Positions 1 to 13,496 of a DNA stretch of 64,000 bases are shown here, in pieces (position 1 is the stretch's first letter; each line of letters opens with the position of its first letter). The notes under the pieces were generated by a model, which searched no databases, was not told the origin of the DNA, and saw nothing but the letters and a program-made list of their open reading frames with translations. The translations under genes and the position numbers were made by a program. Source of the DNA: Ruditapes philippinarum (taxonomy: Eukaryota); NCBI RefSeq assembly GCF_026571515.1, contig NW_026855956.1:1-64000 (forward strand). The letters are read 5' to 3'.

Positions 1-255
1 CCCCCCAAAAACGCCTGTCGGGTGCATTTGCCTCTTTTTTTGGCAAAGTTTGGAAACAGAACATAAACTTTCCCAATTTGGGGATAGTCCTTAAAATTTT
101 AAGATCCAAGTATTTTAAGAATTTGAGTAAAAATTGTCAGTGAAAATGTTCCCTGTCAAAAATTTTAAACCTGTAAAAAAAGGTGCCCCAAATTTTAAGA
201 AAAAACTCACACTGTTTCCACATAAAACCCTTTGTTTTTTTTTTTAGTGAATTTA

Positions 256-2653
256 TTTGCATGACTGAGTATGTAGAAATGGCCGCTCAGTAATGTCGGA
301 TACGCCCTTTGACCCTGAAAATTTGCATAAAATTTGAACGAACCTTTTCCTGAAATAGTTTTTAAAATTTATATAATTTAAAATAAGCTATACAGAAAGA
401 ACTATTCCTTATAAAAATAAATCTCAAAAAATAGCAGCATGAAATGTTTTTCTTCAAAAAAAATCTAAAAAAGATTTTCGGGGGGGGGGGGGAAATTATA
501 AGTCAACGATATGAATAAGTGGGGCTTGAATACTAAAAAATAAAAAGAAAAAAAGTTTGAATACTAAAATCAAGAAAATAAGTTATGAATAAAAATAAAA
601 AAAATGTTATGAATAAAAAATAATCAAGAAAATATTTTATGAATACAAAAATAAAAAGAAAAAATTGTGAATACTAAAAAAAAACTTTTTTTTTATAAAT
701 TAAAAAATAAAGAAAAAAGTTATAATGAATAAATAAAAAGAAAAAATAGTTTGAAAAAAACATTTGCCCCTATGGGCACAAAGCCCAGTGATCGGTTATT
801 TGCTGATTTTGACCTGAACAACAATTAAAAAGGAACTACTGGTTTTATGACTATCCGGTAAAATTTTTTGTGAATAAGGTTGGGGGCAAATTTAAGTTAT
901 TAAAAATTTTCCCAAAAAAAATATCTAAATTTTTTAGAATCAATAGGCCCATTAATACAGCCCCAAAATCAATAGGGGCATCTCTGGTATGGCAATACAT
1001 CAATTTTTGAATTCCCTGGGCCTAGCCTTTAGGTTAAGGTGGAACCCATTTTAACTTCAAAAGGGACTTGACCTTTGCCCCCTTGACCCCAAAATCAATT
1101 GGGGTTATCTCGGGGTCATGACAATCTATACTAAATTTTAAAAAATCTAGCCTTAAGCGTTCTAAAATAGATGGAACCGTTTTTCCCTAAAAGTCAATGT
1201 GACCTTGCCCTTTCCCTCAAACAATGGGGGTTCTACTGGTCATGCCCCAATCCCCATAAAATTTTGATTTTCCTAGCCAAAGGGGTTTTTTATTTATTGT
1301 TTGGGAAAACCGTTTTTACCTAAAAAAGTAAAGGACTTTGCCTTTGCCCCCAAAATTAAGGGGTATTATGGGGTATGGAAAAATCACCATCAAAGTTTGA
1401 ATTGGGGCCTAACGTTTTTTGGGTTTTGATGAAATTTTTTAACCTTCAAGGTAAAAGTGCCTTTTGCTTTGACGACTTGCTCCAAAATAATGGGTTACTC
1501 TGGTCATGACCAAAAAAACATCCCAATTTGAATTTCCCAAAGGGCCCCTTTAGGGTTTTTTGTTATCACTAAAAAAACTTTGATTACGGCCCACGGCCCA
1601 ACGACGACGCCCGGAAAAAAAAAAATATCCCCCTTCTTTTTGAAGGGGGGCTTTTAAAAAGTAATGAATACTAATAATCATAAAAAATTGAAAATGAAAT
1701 AAGAATAATCAAACAATTCCAGAGCCCAGCAAAAGACCCAAGCTTTACATTATTAAAATTGTTTCGGGGTGAATCTGGTGGGCGAATCGTAAAGCTGAAA
1801 AAGGAACTATGTCCCCAATCTTTTTTCATCTAAAACCCGGTCCCTTTTTTAGAATCCGATAAATTTTTTGGGAAAAAATGAAAAAATTGTTTTCTTTTTG
1901 ATTTAAAAAGTACAATTTGGGGTTTTAAAAAAACCCCAAACATTTTTGAAAATTTTTTTCCCTTTTTTTAAAATCAAAAAATGTTTTTCAACCCCCAAAG
2001 GGTTTTTTGCGATTTTTACTGATTTTTTTAAATTACAAATTAAAGGGTTTCTTTTTGGGGAAAAAGACTTTCCCTATCCCCAAAACCCAAGTACACAGTT
2101 TTTAAAAAAGTTAGCAGTGACATTTTTTTAAAACCCCTTGAGATATATCTGAGAGCATTTCAGGCACAGCATAGAACTGGGGATTCCTAAAATTTGCTTA
2201 TAGTTCTCCAATAAAACTTCAAACCCTTTAAATGGCACCCAAGTCCAAAGAGTAAAAGGCAATATTTAAAAGTAAAAATTTTTTGGTTTTTGGTTTACAG
2301 CACCAACAAGGTTTTTCCATTTTACTGGTGGAAAAAGGCCCTTATATTTTTTTTACAAATGGGCATGAGTGGGGACAAAATTTTTTTGAAGCCTGGGGAT
2401 AGTTTTCTAAATAAAAAAGAATCAAAAGTCCCTGTCAAAATTTCGAACCCACAGCAGTGAAGTCAAATTTTTTTGAAGTCAGATTAATCATTGCCCCTGC
2501 AAATTTCCAAAGCAATTTTACTTCCTGCAGATGAGGGGCAAAACTTAACTATGTGGGGCTGTTTAGCGCTTGGCTATTTTTTTGGATTTTTCCTCCGAAC
2601 AAAATTTTTTGTCCCAAAAAATGACTTTTCCCCAACCCGTTCTTTACATTAGC
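256..2653 (-). CDS. TRAPPC8: Probable further TRAPPC8 exons (approx. 2653-2545, 1845-1716, 314-256), garbled by sequence errors
   Basis: Minus-strand fragments resemble the expected next TRAPPC8 segments (LM.RKG..KS.FGTKK; MKKIGD..FLFQLYD...NN..AW..FAG; GQR.YP.....S.Y.QSCK). Two of them follow clear TTT(A)CAG acceptors (2654-2655, 315-316). All carry indels in a homopolymer-distorted region, so boundaries are approximate. Confidence 0.55.
760..1660 (-). mobile_element. Degraded HINE-like element (GACCTTGACCTTTGACCCCAAAATCAATAGG core repeats) in error-rich sequence
   Basis: Recurring GACCTT...CCCCAAAATCAATAGGGG...CTGGTCATGAC units, a CGAC microsatellite near 1600 and a terminal hairpin CCCCCTTC..GAAGGGGG. 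Confidence 0.55.
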
Positions 2654-3195
2654 TGTAAAAAAAAAAAAATTTTTATTCTAATATATAAGTATTTTTTAAA
2701 TAAAATATAACCATAATGTTTGTCAGTTTGCCCAAACATTAAATACGTATTGTCAATATGACAGGCATGCGAAACTCTATAATACCCCACCATAAGTAGT
2801 AGAGGGCATAACAAGTTTCTCTGATATTAGTTTTGTTAAATATCAGCCAGTAGATATAAAAAAAATTTGATCAGATTCTTTTCTCATATTTGTAAATAAA
2901 ATATTTCTTTAGGATTAAAGCTCCTATACGATGAAAATCTTTGAAATTGACCTACTGCTTTGAAAATTCTAGTATATCTAAAGGATTTACAGAGTAACAA
3001 ATAACTAATTTCTTATTTTCTTCCATTTTATTCCATTTAAAATGGAAATGGCTTTAACACAGAGACGAACATACTTTGTTTTTGGAATCTAATTACCGAG
3101 TCTAACAATGAAAAAGCATGATAATGATGTCACTTCAAAACGAATGAGTGTTCACAATAATTCAGTTGCTTAAAAGGGAAACAAGCCCCTTAAAA

Positions 3196-4203
3196 CCAAG
3201 AGCTGTCAGAAGGACACGCCGCGCTCGACTTTTTTAGTGCTTGCCTATAAAAACAAAAACTTTGGAACAGTTAAGGGCACACCAAGACTTTAAACTAGGA
3301 ATTTCTAAGTACAAATCAAGAAACATTTTCACAGAGTTATCTTCTCTTGCTTACAGATAGGTCTCATGATGGCAGCATAAGAACTCCAACTTCCAAAGTA
3401 ATATCTCAAATGGTTAGGTCAACAAGTGGACAAGAATGAAAAATTTTAACTGAGTTTCTAAGTCAAAAAGGGCCATAATTCAAATAAAATCCTTAACAGA
3501 ATTACTTCTCCTGCCCATGTTTGGGACCATGATGGTAAACAAGTATTTCCAACTTTCCAATTTAATATCTCAACCAGTTTCAGTCAAAAAGTTGACTGGT
3601 ACAAAAAACTTAACCAAGATTCTAAGTCGATAAAAGGCCTTAATTTTTAAAACAAATCCCTGACAGAGTTACCTTCTCTTGCGTACAGATGGGGGTAATG
3701 ATGTGAAATAGCATTAAAAGTTTCAAAAGCAATATCTCAAAAGGGTTAAGGCAATAAGTGGATTTTACCCATATTCAATGTATTTTCTAAGTCAAAAAGG
3801 GGCATAATTCTGTCAAAAAACCTTGACAGAGTTATGTCCCTCTTGTCTGTTGATGAAGGTCGTGATGGTAAACAAGTATGGTCAGTTTCAAAGCAATACC
3901 TCCAATGGTTTTGAAATAAAGTGAGGTGGTACAAAAAACTTAACCAAGCTCAATACACTTTCTAAGTCAAAAAAGGGCCATAATTCTGTCAAAAACCTTG
4001 ACAGAGTTATGTACTCTTGTCTGTAGATGGAGGTTATGATGGTGAACAAGTATGGTTAAGTTTCAAAGCCATACTTGTAATACTTCTGAAAATAAAGTGG
4101 GGTGGTACGAAAAACTTAACCAAGGTGTGACGCCAAACGCTAACGCGCCGACGCCGGGGCGAGTAGGATAGCTCCCCTTTTCATAGAAAAGTCGAGCTAA
4201 AAA
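3196..4203 (-). mobile_element. HINE/Helentron-type element with ~155-175-bp internal repeats in TRAPPC8 intron 7
   Basis: Minus strand starts TTTTTAGCTCGAC...GAGCTA, followed by a GGCGTC-type microsatellite and about 5 core repeats (TCTAAGT anchors 3304, 3457, 3621, 3787, 3961). 3' end reads AGTCGAGCG...GACAGCTCTTG. Confidence 0.75.
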
Positions 4204-4212
4204 ATTTCTCAC

Positions 4213-7200
4213 CATGTCATTCAAAGTTCTCATCTGTCGCTCCGCCCAGGGTATCAGAGCTCGCACGGCAAACTCGTGTATAAATATCCTAATGCGATCT
4301 TGATCACTGGCCGTGAGACACATCCCGTGTCCTGGAAATTGACCTTTGTTTTGCATATTAAATGAGGATGATTTTGACATGGCTGACTGAACGCTGTTGA
4401 GACTGCTAGTGGAGCCCTGGTAGTCCGAGCTGTATTCTAAGGTCGGGCTCTGTAGCGGGCTCTCATCTGACAAGGCCAAGGGATGGTCCATAACTGAGTT
4501 AGTCACTGAGCCTAGACCATCTATACCTATAAGATATATATTCCACAAACTATTTTCTGTTCCAATGTCAGCTGTCCCAGGTGGGTTTTTTTTACATGTA
4601 TTTTCAAAACCCTCTATAAATGTATATTTCAATCCCGAGACGTTTCAAAAACGCGAGCTAAATGCATTTTTCAATCCCCTTTCTCTTTTTTAAATGGCTA
4701 AAATCATACAATAAGTTTCCAGTCCCATTCATTGAAAAATAAACACACTGAAATACACACCTTTGCAATATTCTAAGAACAAATCAACTCATCTCCAATA
4801 AGCTAAGATATTGATAGACAAGTAATTTATAGAAAGAGTCCACCTGAAACTGTAAAGGTCACAAGGCAAGTTTACTTGTGCACTGAAAATAATACAAAGG
4901 CAGTCACCTGAGCAAAACATAATTTTTCCTTAAGCAAACTGGATAGATCCAGCACATCAAAAAAGTCTATGTACCTAGTTTGACTCATAGCCACAATGTC
5001 AAAGCCTACTCTGAAGGGCAAGTGATGTGCAGTCAGTGTGATCTTAACCATTGGATAATTGAGACCCCATGAAATCACATTTTGATAAATTAGTAAATTA
5101 AAGAAGACATTGTAACTTCATACCTTCATCAGAGTGGGAATTTGTGTCTAGAACATGGTTGTTAGTTTCCGGTGCACCTTCTTCCAGCCTTGTAGGGAAC
5201 ATGGAATCATCGGCACCACTGCTGCCCCCGGCATCGTAATCAACCCCTTCCTATGAATGAAAAAAAAATCTGTAACATAATAATATGAAAATGATTATAC
5301 AGGTTGCAATGGATGCTCTAATCATTATTCTCATTTACTATAAACTAAAAAAAAATGTTACTATATAATAAACCTCTTGACCACTTCCTCTATGAAATTC
5401 GTACTTATGACATACAAAATACCACTCATGAATCCAAATCTGTTTGTTATCTGGAATCTTCCAATATTTAAATAGTAACTGATAAAATGTTTTTTAGGTA
5501 ATTCCATATAGTACTGTATATTACTGCCCTACTAGATTTACATGAAAAATAAAATTACGAGATAGAACACAATATAAAAAGCAGTATTTTGGTCTTGCTC
5601 ACAATAAATAATAAATACTTTTATCTCCTCATTCCTTTGCCACCCCCAGTTCCCTCATTTCTTTTTTTTAATTTGACATTTCATTTACAATGCTTGTTTT
5701 TTTACTCTCTGGTTGGGTCTGAAGTCACACCAACACTGTTATGATTGTATGGTGACTTTCCGAAAAAAGAACTCAGGTGCGCTTCTGTACATTATTTCAG
5801 GCATGAAGAGTAGGCATCAGAGTAGAACCACCAACCTTTTCTTAAACTGGCTGGAAAACTCCTGCACAAATAATATTACGTCCCTGAAGGGATTTGAACC
5901 AACAACAGTTAGGGCCAGTGGTAAAGAGCCAGCGATTTGAGCCACTTGTCCACAGAGGCCCCAACAAGGCATTATTAATATATAATTGGCCATATCTATA
6001 CTTATGCCATGTTGTACAATAAAGTTCATAATTATGTCTCAAGGAATTTTAGTAAGCTATTAAAAGAATTTTCAGAAAGATCCAGTATTACTTTTACATG
6101 TTATTAAGATAATAGAAAAAATATTTTAAACAATGCTGGGACACTCCCTACATTCCCTTTGATCAAAGCTTTCCACATGGTGTTACTTTATACAGAAAAG
6201 AAGTCTGAAGAAAATTCAATTTTTCATCTAGGTGACCTTGAACTTATTTAAACCAGTCTGAAACCTAATCCAAAGGTAAGTGAAGCATGGACAGACATTA
6301 TATATGTAAAATATCAGTCTATAAGTTGTTACTGAATATCCCTGGAAAAATGGTTAGTAAGTAGTACTAAGTACGATAAAGAATAGAATCAAGGAAGAAA
6401 GGAAAGGACACACCGGCAGCTGCATGATATACTTCAACATAAAAGTTTTGCCCCATTCCCCCCCCCCCATCCAAAAGGACTGCCCACGTTAGACTGCTCT
6501 TTTAAAAGAAAAGATAAAAAAATACCATGTGAATCCCTCAAATAGATAAGCATACAAAATCGGAAACAAAAAAAAGAGTTACAACTGTACATGCAAATCA
6601 CACATGTAATGTATAAAAGAAAAAGAAAATAAAAAATGTACATAGAAATATGAAAAGCTGAAATACTTAACAATGTTAAAATTTGCTTCATGTATGGAAA
6701 AATGAAAAGTAGGGCTAAAATTGAACACTTGCAAGGTTTAAGTGAAATAAAAATGTAACCTGTAGCAGTTTTATTTCATATACAATGTAAATTTATCAAC
6801 AAAAACTTCAGAAGTAAAACTGATGCTATGTTGAACTTTTTTTTGTTTTGTTTTTATTTTTTTTGCCAAAAAAAACCCTTCAAGCTTGAAAACAATTGTG
6901 CAATTGTGAGTCATAAGAAGCAAAATTCTAGCCCATAAATGCATGCTTACTCAATGCAAAGAAGAAAATTCTAAAACCGTCACACCAACACTTACCCAAG
7001 GTATAAAATATTTAGCCTTTTGAGGCTTTTTCTGTAAAGAATTAAAATCACAACACCTTGTTAGTACAGAACACAATCACACCCCTAAAAGCTTTAAATG
7101 CAAACCTCCCCATCCATCCACAACTGAATTTGTATAAAAAAATTTTTGTTCCTGATTTTTTAATTCATAACTTCCCATTGTGAATTTTAATGGCTTCCAA

Positions 7201-10200
7201 TTCATAAAAACTTGAATTGTGCACAAAATTAAAGTTCAGTCATACTGCACAGATGCCATGGGCAAGCTGGCTTGTCTCAAAACTGGTTGCGAAATGGTAA
7301 GTATATGTAGTTATTGCCACTAAAAAGTTAGTAATGCTGATAATACAATTAGTAACAAAGCTCTGCTAGAAATACCTTCCCGTGCCTACAAAAGCCTGTG
7401 TTATAATTCCAGCTCAAAACACAAGTGATTTGTTATTTCTACATTTCATTAGTTTATGACACCTGCAACATGTGTTTGATAGGTTTCTTTGCAACAAATA
7501 CCAAAACTGCGACCATTCCAGATATAGTATTTAAAGGATAAAACTAAGTTAATAACAGAAAAACTTGTTAGATTTCATATCTATAAACATGGAAGGTATT
7601 TGCCAAAGCATAATTATGTTAAATGTTATCTTAAAACAAATTCTTTCATACCATGCCCACTAAGCATTCATTAATATTTTGTTACGACAAAATCCACAAT
7701 TTGCATCAATTATTCAAATCAGATTAATTTTGCTAACAAGGCCGCTGATGCAGCATCCCATTGCCAGTTTCTAAACAATAAAGCATCGCAATTAGTCACT
7801 TCATTAATCAATAACCGCAAGATGATCAAAGTGGCATACCAAAGTAACTTTTTGTATCACAAGTTTCGGAGCGAGAAAAAAGATTCCCTTTCCTGTTTTT
7901 TCTACTTGGTCTGATAAGACATTCATTGGCAAATAAAAATATTACTCTTATGTTTGCTTGATACAATAAGTAACATGGGTAGCTATATTTGTAACACTGT
8001 CAAAACGTACCCCTACATCTGTAGGTTTATTTAGAAATTGTCCCCATGGATCTGGCAGACTTGTGTCCATCTTCATTGTTTCGACCGTCGTTAATGAACG
8101 AGAATTGATCTGTAACAAATGGCAGCTTTGATGACCGAAAGATGACTTCATACTTTGGTAAACTGCTTCAGCTCTAGAAAGTACATGCAAAAGAAACAAT
8201 AGTTATGAAAATTTCAAAAATAGCCTTCCTTCAATCCTTTAATTACATGAACATATATGTATACAACATCATGCGTATAAGAATTTAAGTAAACAACCTC
8301 TGTTGTGAAAATTTGAAGAAAAATTATATACTTAGTTAAAATTCTTAAAATAGACTGTAGTAGCCGTTAAAATAATATATATGTCACATGAATAAAGTAT
8401 GTACTATAATTATAAAGTATGTAGATGGAAATCTTCTGTGCATAATTTCAGGCACGAATGGGCGCCTGAGTAAAACCACCGACGTTTCGTCAGCTAGCTT
8501 GATAGCATCCTCACGTGAAAGAATCCAAAAGTCTCTGTCAGGATTCGAACCCACAGTAATGAGGACTTTTACAGTCTGCTAAAATCTAAAATGATTAGCA
8601 AAAGAGCAAATAACTACTTATCCTTTAATACAAGAAAACTTACTTAGAGGCCTCTGCTTCCACTACGTCATGAACAAGAACATAATATTTGAGAATATTT
8701 GGACAGAACCAGTGTGGCAGTTTGTTTGGGAACTGGGACTGCTGTTGTTGCTGACTACTCGACAATGTTTGTAACATCGCCAGAGGGTCTGTGTGGTTGG
8801 AAGACACAACAAATATACCTGGTGCATTGTGTTAAGGAAAAATGTAGTAAACAAAACAAACTATAAACTTCTTTTGGCAGAATTTTTTGTATTGACATTG
8901 TTCATTCAATTCAAATATCAACCAAATTGCGAAGCGTAACAAATACAATCAAATTTGACACTGAAATATGATAATTAACAAATATCATATCTTCAAATTA
9001 CTTCTTCAGCAATATGACATATAAAATGACAAACTATTGAAACTTGTACATATTAAAGTTTTTTTCACAAATGGGGCACAGGAAGGGCATCCCCTAAAGG
9101 AGATAACACAGTGCTATGTTAATTGAAATTTAGGGGATAACTGCATGATTTTAAACAATTTTCCCTGGGAAGGGGGGGGGGGAGTGAACATTTACCATTT
9201 TGTTAGTTTCAGCCTAACCTTATCAATTAAAATGACATGGAACTTTATCATTTTATGTGATTGTTAATCTTCTACAAGGATACAAGCTAGACAATGTTTG
9301 AGGAACTCATGATCAGATGGTGGTAAAGTCTGTAGGAAACACTCTCTGTAAGCTTCAAACCATGGTGTGGAAGCTGTAAACAAAAAGATACAGATTACAT
9401 TATAATACTGGTTTCAAAATGTCAATGACAATGATAAAGTATAGGTAAAATTGTCAACAGATAAACACAGATTAAATCTTAATACTGACTTCAAGAAGTA
9501 TGACATCTAAAAAATTGTATTGTAAATATGGTAATCAATGAAACAATCAATATTTTATAAAGTAAATAATTTGTAGAATGGCCCTATTCAGACCAAATTT
9601 TCGTCAATTCTATTATAAATTTTAGATTACCCAAAGCCAAAGGAAAGTTCTGTTGACTCTGAACATGTAGAAATTTCTGTAACAGTAATGCTAGCTAAAT
9701 TTCAGCTAGCAGGTATTTTGTATATTTAACATTTTGAATTAATGCTTAAATTGATTAAGGGTCAACAAATTTATGATAAATGATTTCAAAACTCTTTGAT
9801 AAAGTATTATGGTAATGGTATATTGAGGTAAAATATGAGCTTGTCAGTACTAGTATATAATGAAGCATTTCAGTTCTTATATTTATATCAACAACTCGTA
9901 AATTTTTTTTAAAAAAAAGGTATATAAAGTTAGCATTCATTAATAAGCATTTAGAGGCCTTCAAAAACTTTCATTTTCTAAATGCTTACTAATGAACACT
10001 AGCTTATCTAGTGGTTGAAATTATTTAAACAGGCAGTCCATTTACATGACTGATAAATTTAAGAATTTATCTGAAAAACTACTATTCTATTGGACTAAAC
10101 ATATTTTCAAACACTTCAGAAAAAAATAAATAGTTTCATACAGCTCAGTTGAAGGTCATAATCTCCCACAGAGATAACATTCCCTCTAGATCCCTCTGCC

Positions 10201-12232
10201 ATCACTTGTTGTTCACTATTTACGGCATCATTCATTAACTTCTTGGCTGCTGCAGCTGGGGGTATCTGACAGTTCATGTCCACCATGCTGATCCGCAGAT
10301 GTTGTACATTATGCTGTACATTGTTCGGATCTTTTATGTGTGCTGAATAAATACACATTAAATTATATTTCATAGTAAATTTGTTTGCTGAATAAAATAA
10401 CATAAAATTCTATTTCATTAAATGATTAATAAGAGAAAATCTCACAAATGCAAATCTGCATGTCACTGTGCCTATAAAACACACAAAATCAGCTGGGTGT
10501 TAACTATGCTGTTATTTATTTCAACAATGGATGCATTAAATTTTATGGATAAAAATCAGTAGAACATAACATCATATAGCTGAGTGACATACATGTACCA
10601 TAATAATTATAAGTGTAATATATTGCATTTTTGAAGATAATCCGGTGATAAATCAAAGTTTATAAATTATTAATAAATGTACCATAAAGATTATTTAAGC
10701 TTTAATATATTGTTTTTACATAATTCGAATATAAAATTCTCGCTAAGTTATCTAATGTTTTGTCCATTAATTTCAAACCCAACAATTTATCTCAGTTAAT
10801 GCGATTATCATAAACACTGATCGGCCAACAGTGATTGCACAAATTTCTTAGTGTACATCGAACGTATAGTCATAACATGTTCCAGCTTAACTGGTGGAGA
10901 CCTACAGTGACTTCTGTGCATTATCATTCAGCACTGCACTGGTAAACCACAACGTTCGCTAAGCTATGCTGTAATGCTTCTCACTGGAAAATCCAAAAGT
11001 CCCTGTAGGGATTTGAACCCACGGCGGTGAGGGGCAAGTGGTTTGAAGTCAACGACCTTAACCACTTGGCCACGGACGCCCCCTTTATTAAAGTCAAAGA
11101 GAATATATCAAGTTATAATCAACACTAGAGGGATCCGAACATTAAACCTAAACAAAGAGTTCAATGCAGGGGTGTGGAAATCCCATGCCCGACTTGTCCG
11201 ACTCGGGACTTTATGCCTGCGGACAAGTAGATTTTTCTATAGAACTTGTCCGTGGACAAGTGAAAATCTGAGCCAGTAGGAAAAACAAAATACTGTATTT
11301 TTGTCGCTTATCAATGGGGAACATTTATTGTAGTAAGTTAAGTTATGATTCTTGGTTAACTATGAGGAAATACACTTTTTCATATCAATCATTTCAACCC
11401 ATGGAATAACTCTTGTTACAAAAGCAAGCTCCTTGATACATGCAGGTCATATGGAGGCAACCGCTCTTTAAAGTAAATTTTAAAATGCACATTTGGTAAC
11501 AATTGTAAAGTTGTTTTGGTTCAAATATTTTCAAAAGGATAATTGTTTGGACATCATTCATTGCTTTTATAAGACTAAAGAGTTGTAGATTGTTTCCTTA
11601 AACTACAGAAATGATGTCTTCTCTTTACTCAGCAAATCTGTTCACACCTTACTATATGAAAGGACAGTGTAACCTATAATTAACTTTTGTTTAAACACAT
11701 GGCCAATGTATTGTATTTTTATATGGGCAAGTACAGTTAAGCTGCGGACAAGTAAAAATTTCTGGCCAACTTGTCCGTGGGCAAGTGGCAAAATTTCATA
11801 TTTCCACACCCCTGCAATGCATTGCTCCGACACCACTCTTCCTCTGCGACTAGGATGATATGCATTTTGTACAAGAAATAAGTGAAATTATTTGCATAAA
11901 TCATAATTTATTTTACATTTTCAAGTCTCTTTGTGTATTTGTAACTTTTTATGAATAAATGGGTTTTTTAGAAATCTTAATTGCATAACTTTACAGCTTA
12001 TCTGTACGAATGAAAATTTCTTCGACAGCAATATAAAATAACAGAGATCAATACATGTGTACTGGTTCAGCTTACCCTCTGTCTTCAGTCTACAAAAAGG
12101 CTGAACGAGTTGGACAAATGACAGGTTGTTTTTCTGACATAACAACTCTGCATCATTACTGCACAGCGCGGCTATTTGTGGACTGAATGTGCTTTGAATA
12201 AATTCATGAGCTGTTTGTTTATGCTGTGCCAT
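4213..12232 (-). CDS. TRAPPC8: Trafficking protein particle complex subunit 8 (TRAPPIII subunit, Trs85 orthologue), coding exons 1-7; gene continues leftward
   Basis: Exons with GT/AG ends and consistent phases: 12232-12076, 10342-10142, 9373-9284, 8818-8644, 8173-8011, 5250-5124, 4526-4213. Translation includes MAQHKQTAHEFIQSTFSPQIAALCSNDAE..., STPWFEAYRECFLQTLPPSDHEFLKHCLACIFVVSS, HWFCPNILKYYVLVHD, CHLLQINSR, LPDPWGQFL and HGMCLTASDQDRIRIFIHEFAVRALIPWAERQMRTLND, which I recognise as TRAPPC8 motifs. Confidence 0.93.
5700..5962 (-). mobile_element. tRNA-derived SINE
   Basis: Minus strand GGGGCCTCTGTGGACAAGTGG (A box) ... GGTTCAAATCC (B box). Body shared with the copies at 10830-11082 and 28878-29092. 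Confidence 0.7.
8420..8565 (-). mobile_element. SINE fragment, same family as 5700-5962
   Basis: GGGTTCGAATCCTGACAGAGACTTTTGGATTCTTTCACGTGAGG...GTGCCTGAAATTATGCACAGAAG on the minus strand. Confidence 0.6.
8819..9283 (-). other. U12-type (minor spliceosome) GT-AG intron, TRAPPC8 intron 3
   Basis: Donor GTATCCTTG from 9283 downward. Branch sequence TTCCTTAAC at 8839-8831 lies 10 nt before the AG, with no polypyrimidine tract. Confidence 0.85.
10830..11082 (-). mobile_element. tRNA-derived SINE
   Basis: Minus strand GGGGCGTCCGTGGCCAAGTGGTTAAGG (A box) ... GGGTTCAAATCCC (B box), then the family body. Confidence 0.72.
11167..11814. mobile_element. MITE, 15-bp TIR CAGGGGTGTGGAAAT, 5-bp TSD CAATG (TRAPPC8 intron 1)
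   Basis: Perfect 15-bp TIRs, CAATG on both flanks, and repeated ACTTGTCCG/CGGACAAGT subterminal motifs. Confidence 0.85.
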
Positions 12233-12302
12233 ATTCAAACTTTAGGCGTGTATTGATTTGAGAAATGCATCATAGAACTGTCAAAATTTGGCAATCAACT
12301 TT

Positions 12303-12337
12303 CACTTCCTGTTCACGAATACGCATGTTCCGGAAAT
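12303..12337 (-). promoter_or_regulatory. ETS-like motifs (CACTTCCTG; CCGGAAAT) ~70-105 bp upstream of the TRAPPC8 ATG
   Basis: Two GGAA-core motifs at a position typical of housekeeping promoters. Confidence 0.35.
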
Positions 12338-13496
12338 GGGGTGGTTTGGGATTAGGCTAAATTAAAAAATAAAACGGAATCTGGTCATCAAACACTGCTT
12401 TTTTCATTAAAAGAAGACGAAATTACTCGGAAACTTAAGAAAAGATTTTTTGATATAGGAGCCTAGATAATATTTCTTTTAGTGAGACTGTAACTCATTT
12501 AAGATTTTTACGGAGGAAGTGTTTTAATTTTTTTTAAATTAAAGATCCTGTATGATCGTTAAAATTACCACACTTAAGTGAAATTCAATATAATTATGTA
12601 CGTACATGCTTCTAAAACAATTTTTAAACATCGAAGAATTAATATGTAAAATATGTACTACAAATATTTGTCCCCAGTATATGTAATCATTACAATCAGG
12701 AATTCATTCCTTATTGAACAAAGTGACTTAAACTTGAAAGAAAATAAATTTCTAATTACCTAACTTTATAAACATGAAATGTAAATTCGGTAATAGTTTT
12801 ACAAATAATGCTTTTTGGAACTTACAATATTGATAAGTCTTCATTTGAGCATTATATGTATGATATAAAATCATAAAATAATTGTGTTACAGGATCTTTA
12901 ATATTAGTGTATTATTTAAAAGGGACTCGATCGATCCACCACAGAGCTATATTTTTAGAGCTTTTTATCCGTCTGTAATAAAAGTCTCTCGATCCTATGA
13001 GGTTTTTCGAGATACCTTTTCGAGATTTGTGTACCATTTCATGTCGGTCTATTCCAATAACTTGCTTGCAATATAACAGAGTATTCATTCATGCTGTTTT
13101 TTTTTGTTTTTTTTTCTTCTCAGAACAACTAATTTGGTAAAAACATTACCTAAAGTTATTAAAATACATTTGTATGGTAAACAAGATCAACAAGGAAAGG
13201 CGGCGTTCAATGAACGAAAAGGGTTTTTGAAAACTTAACTCAAATCTAGCTAAGAACTGCGCTAATTATAAATATCGCTCTTAAATTTAATAAGGAGTGT
13301 ATTTCTATAAATGCCCCATTTGGTCTTTGTTGATGTTTTTAGAATTTAGACCTCAGCGAAACCTTTTTATATAAAGTGGTATTGAAATCAACCTATTTGA
13401 TTTTCCTAACTTTACAACGTATGCCAACTACATAAACTTTCATTGAAATATTAATTTAAGAGTACTTGAGATATTAATTTGATAACACTGAAGCCA

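Noticed and set aside
256-2653. TRAPPC8 as a pseudogene
   Set aside because: Exons 1-7 are clean, and damage is confined to a region where repeats show the same homopolymer errors.
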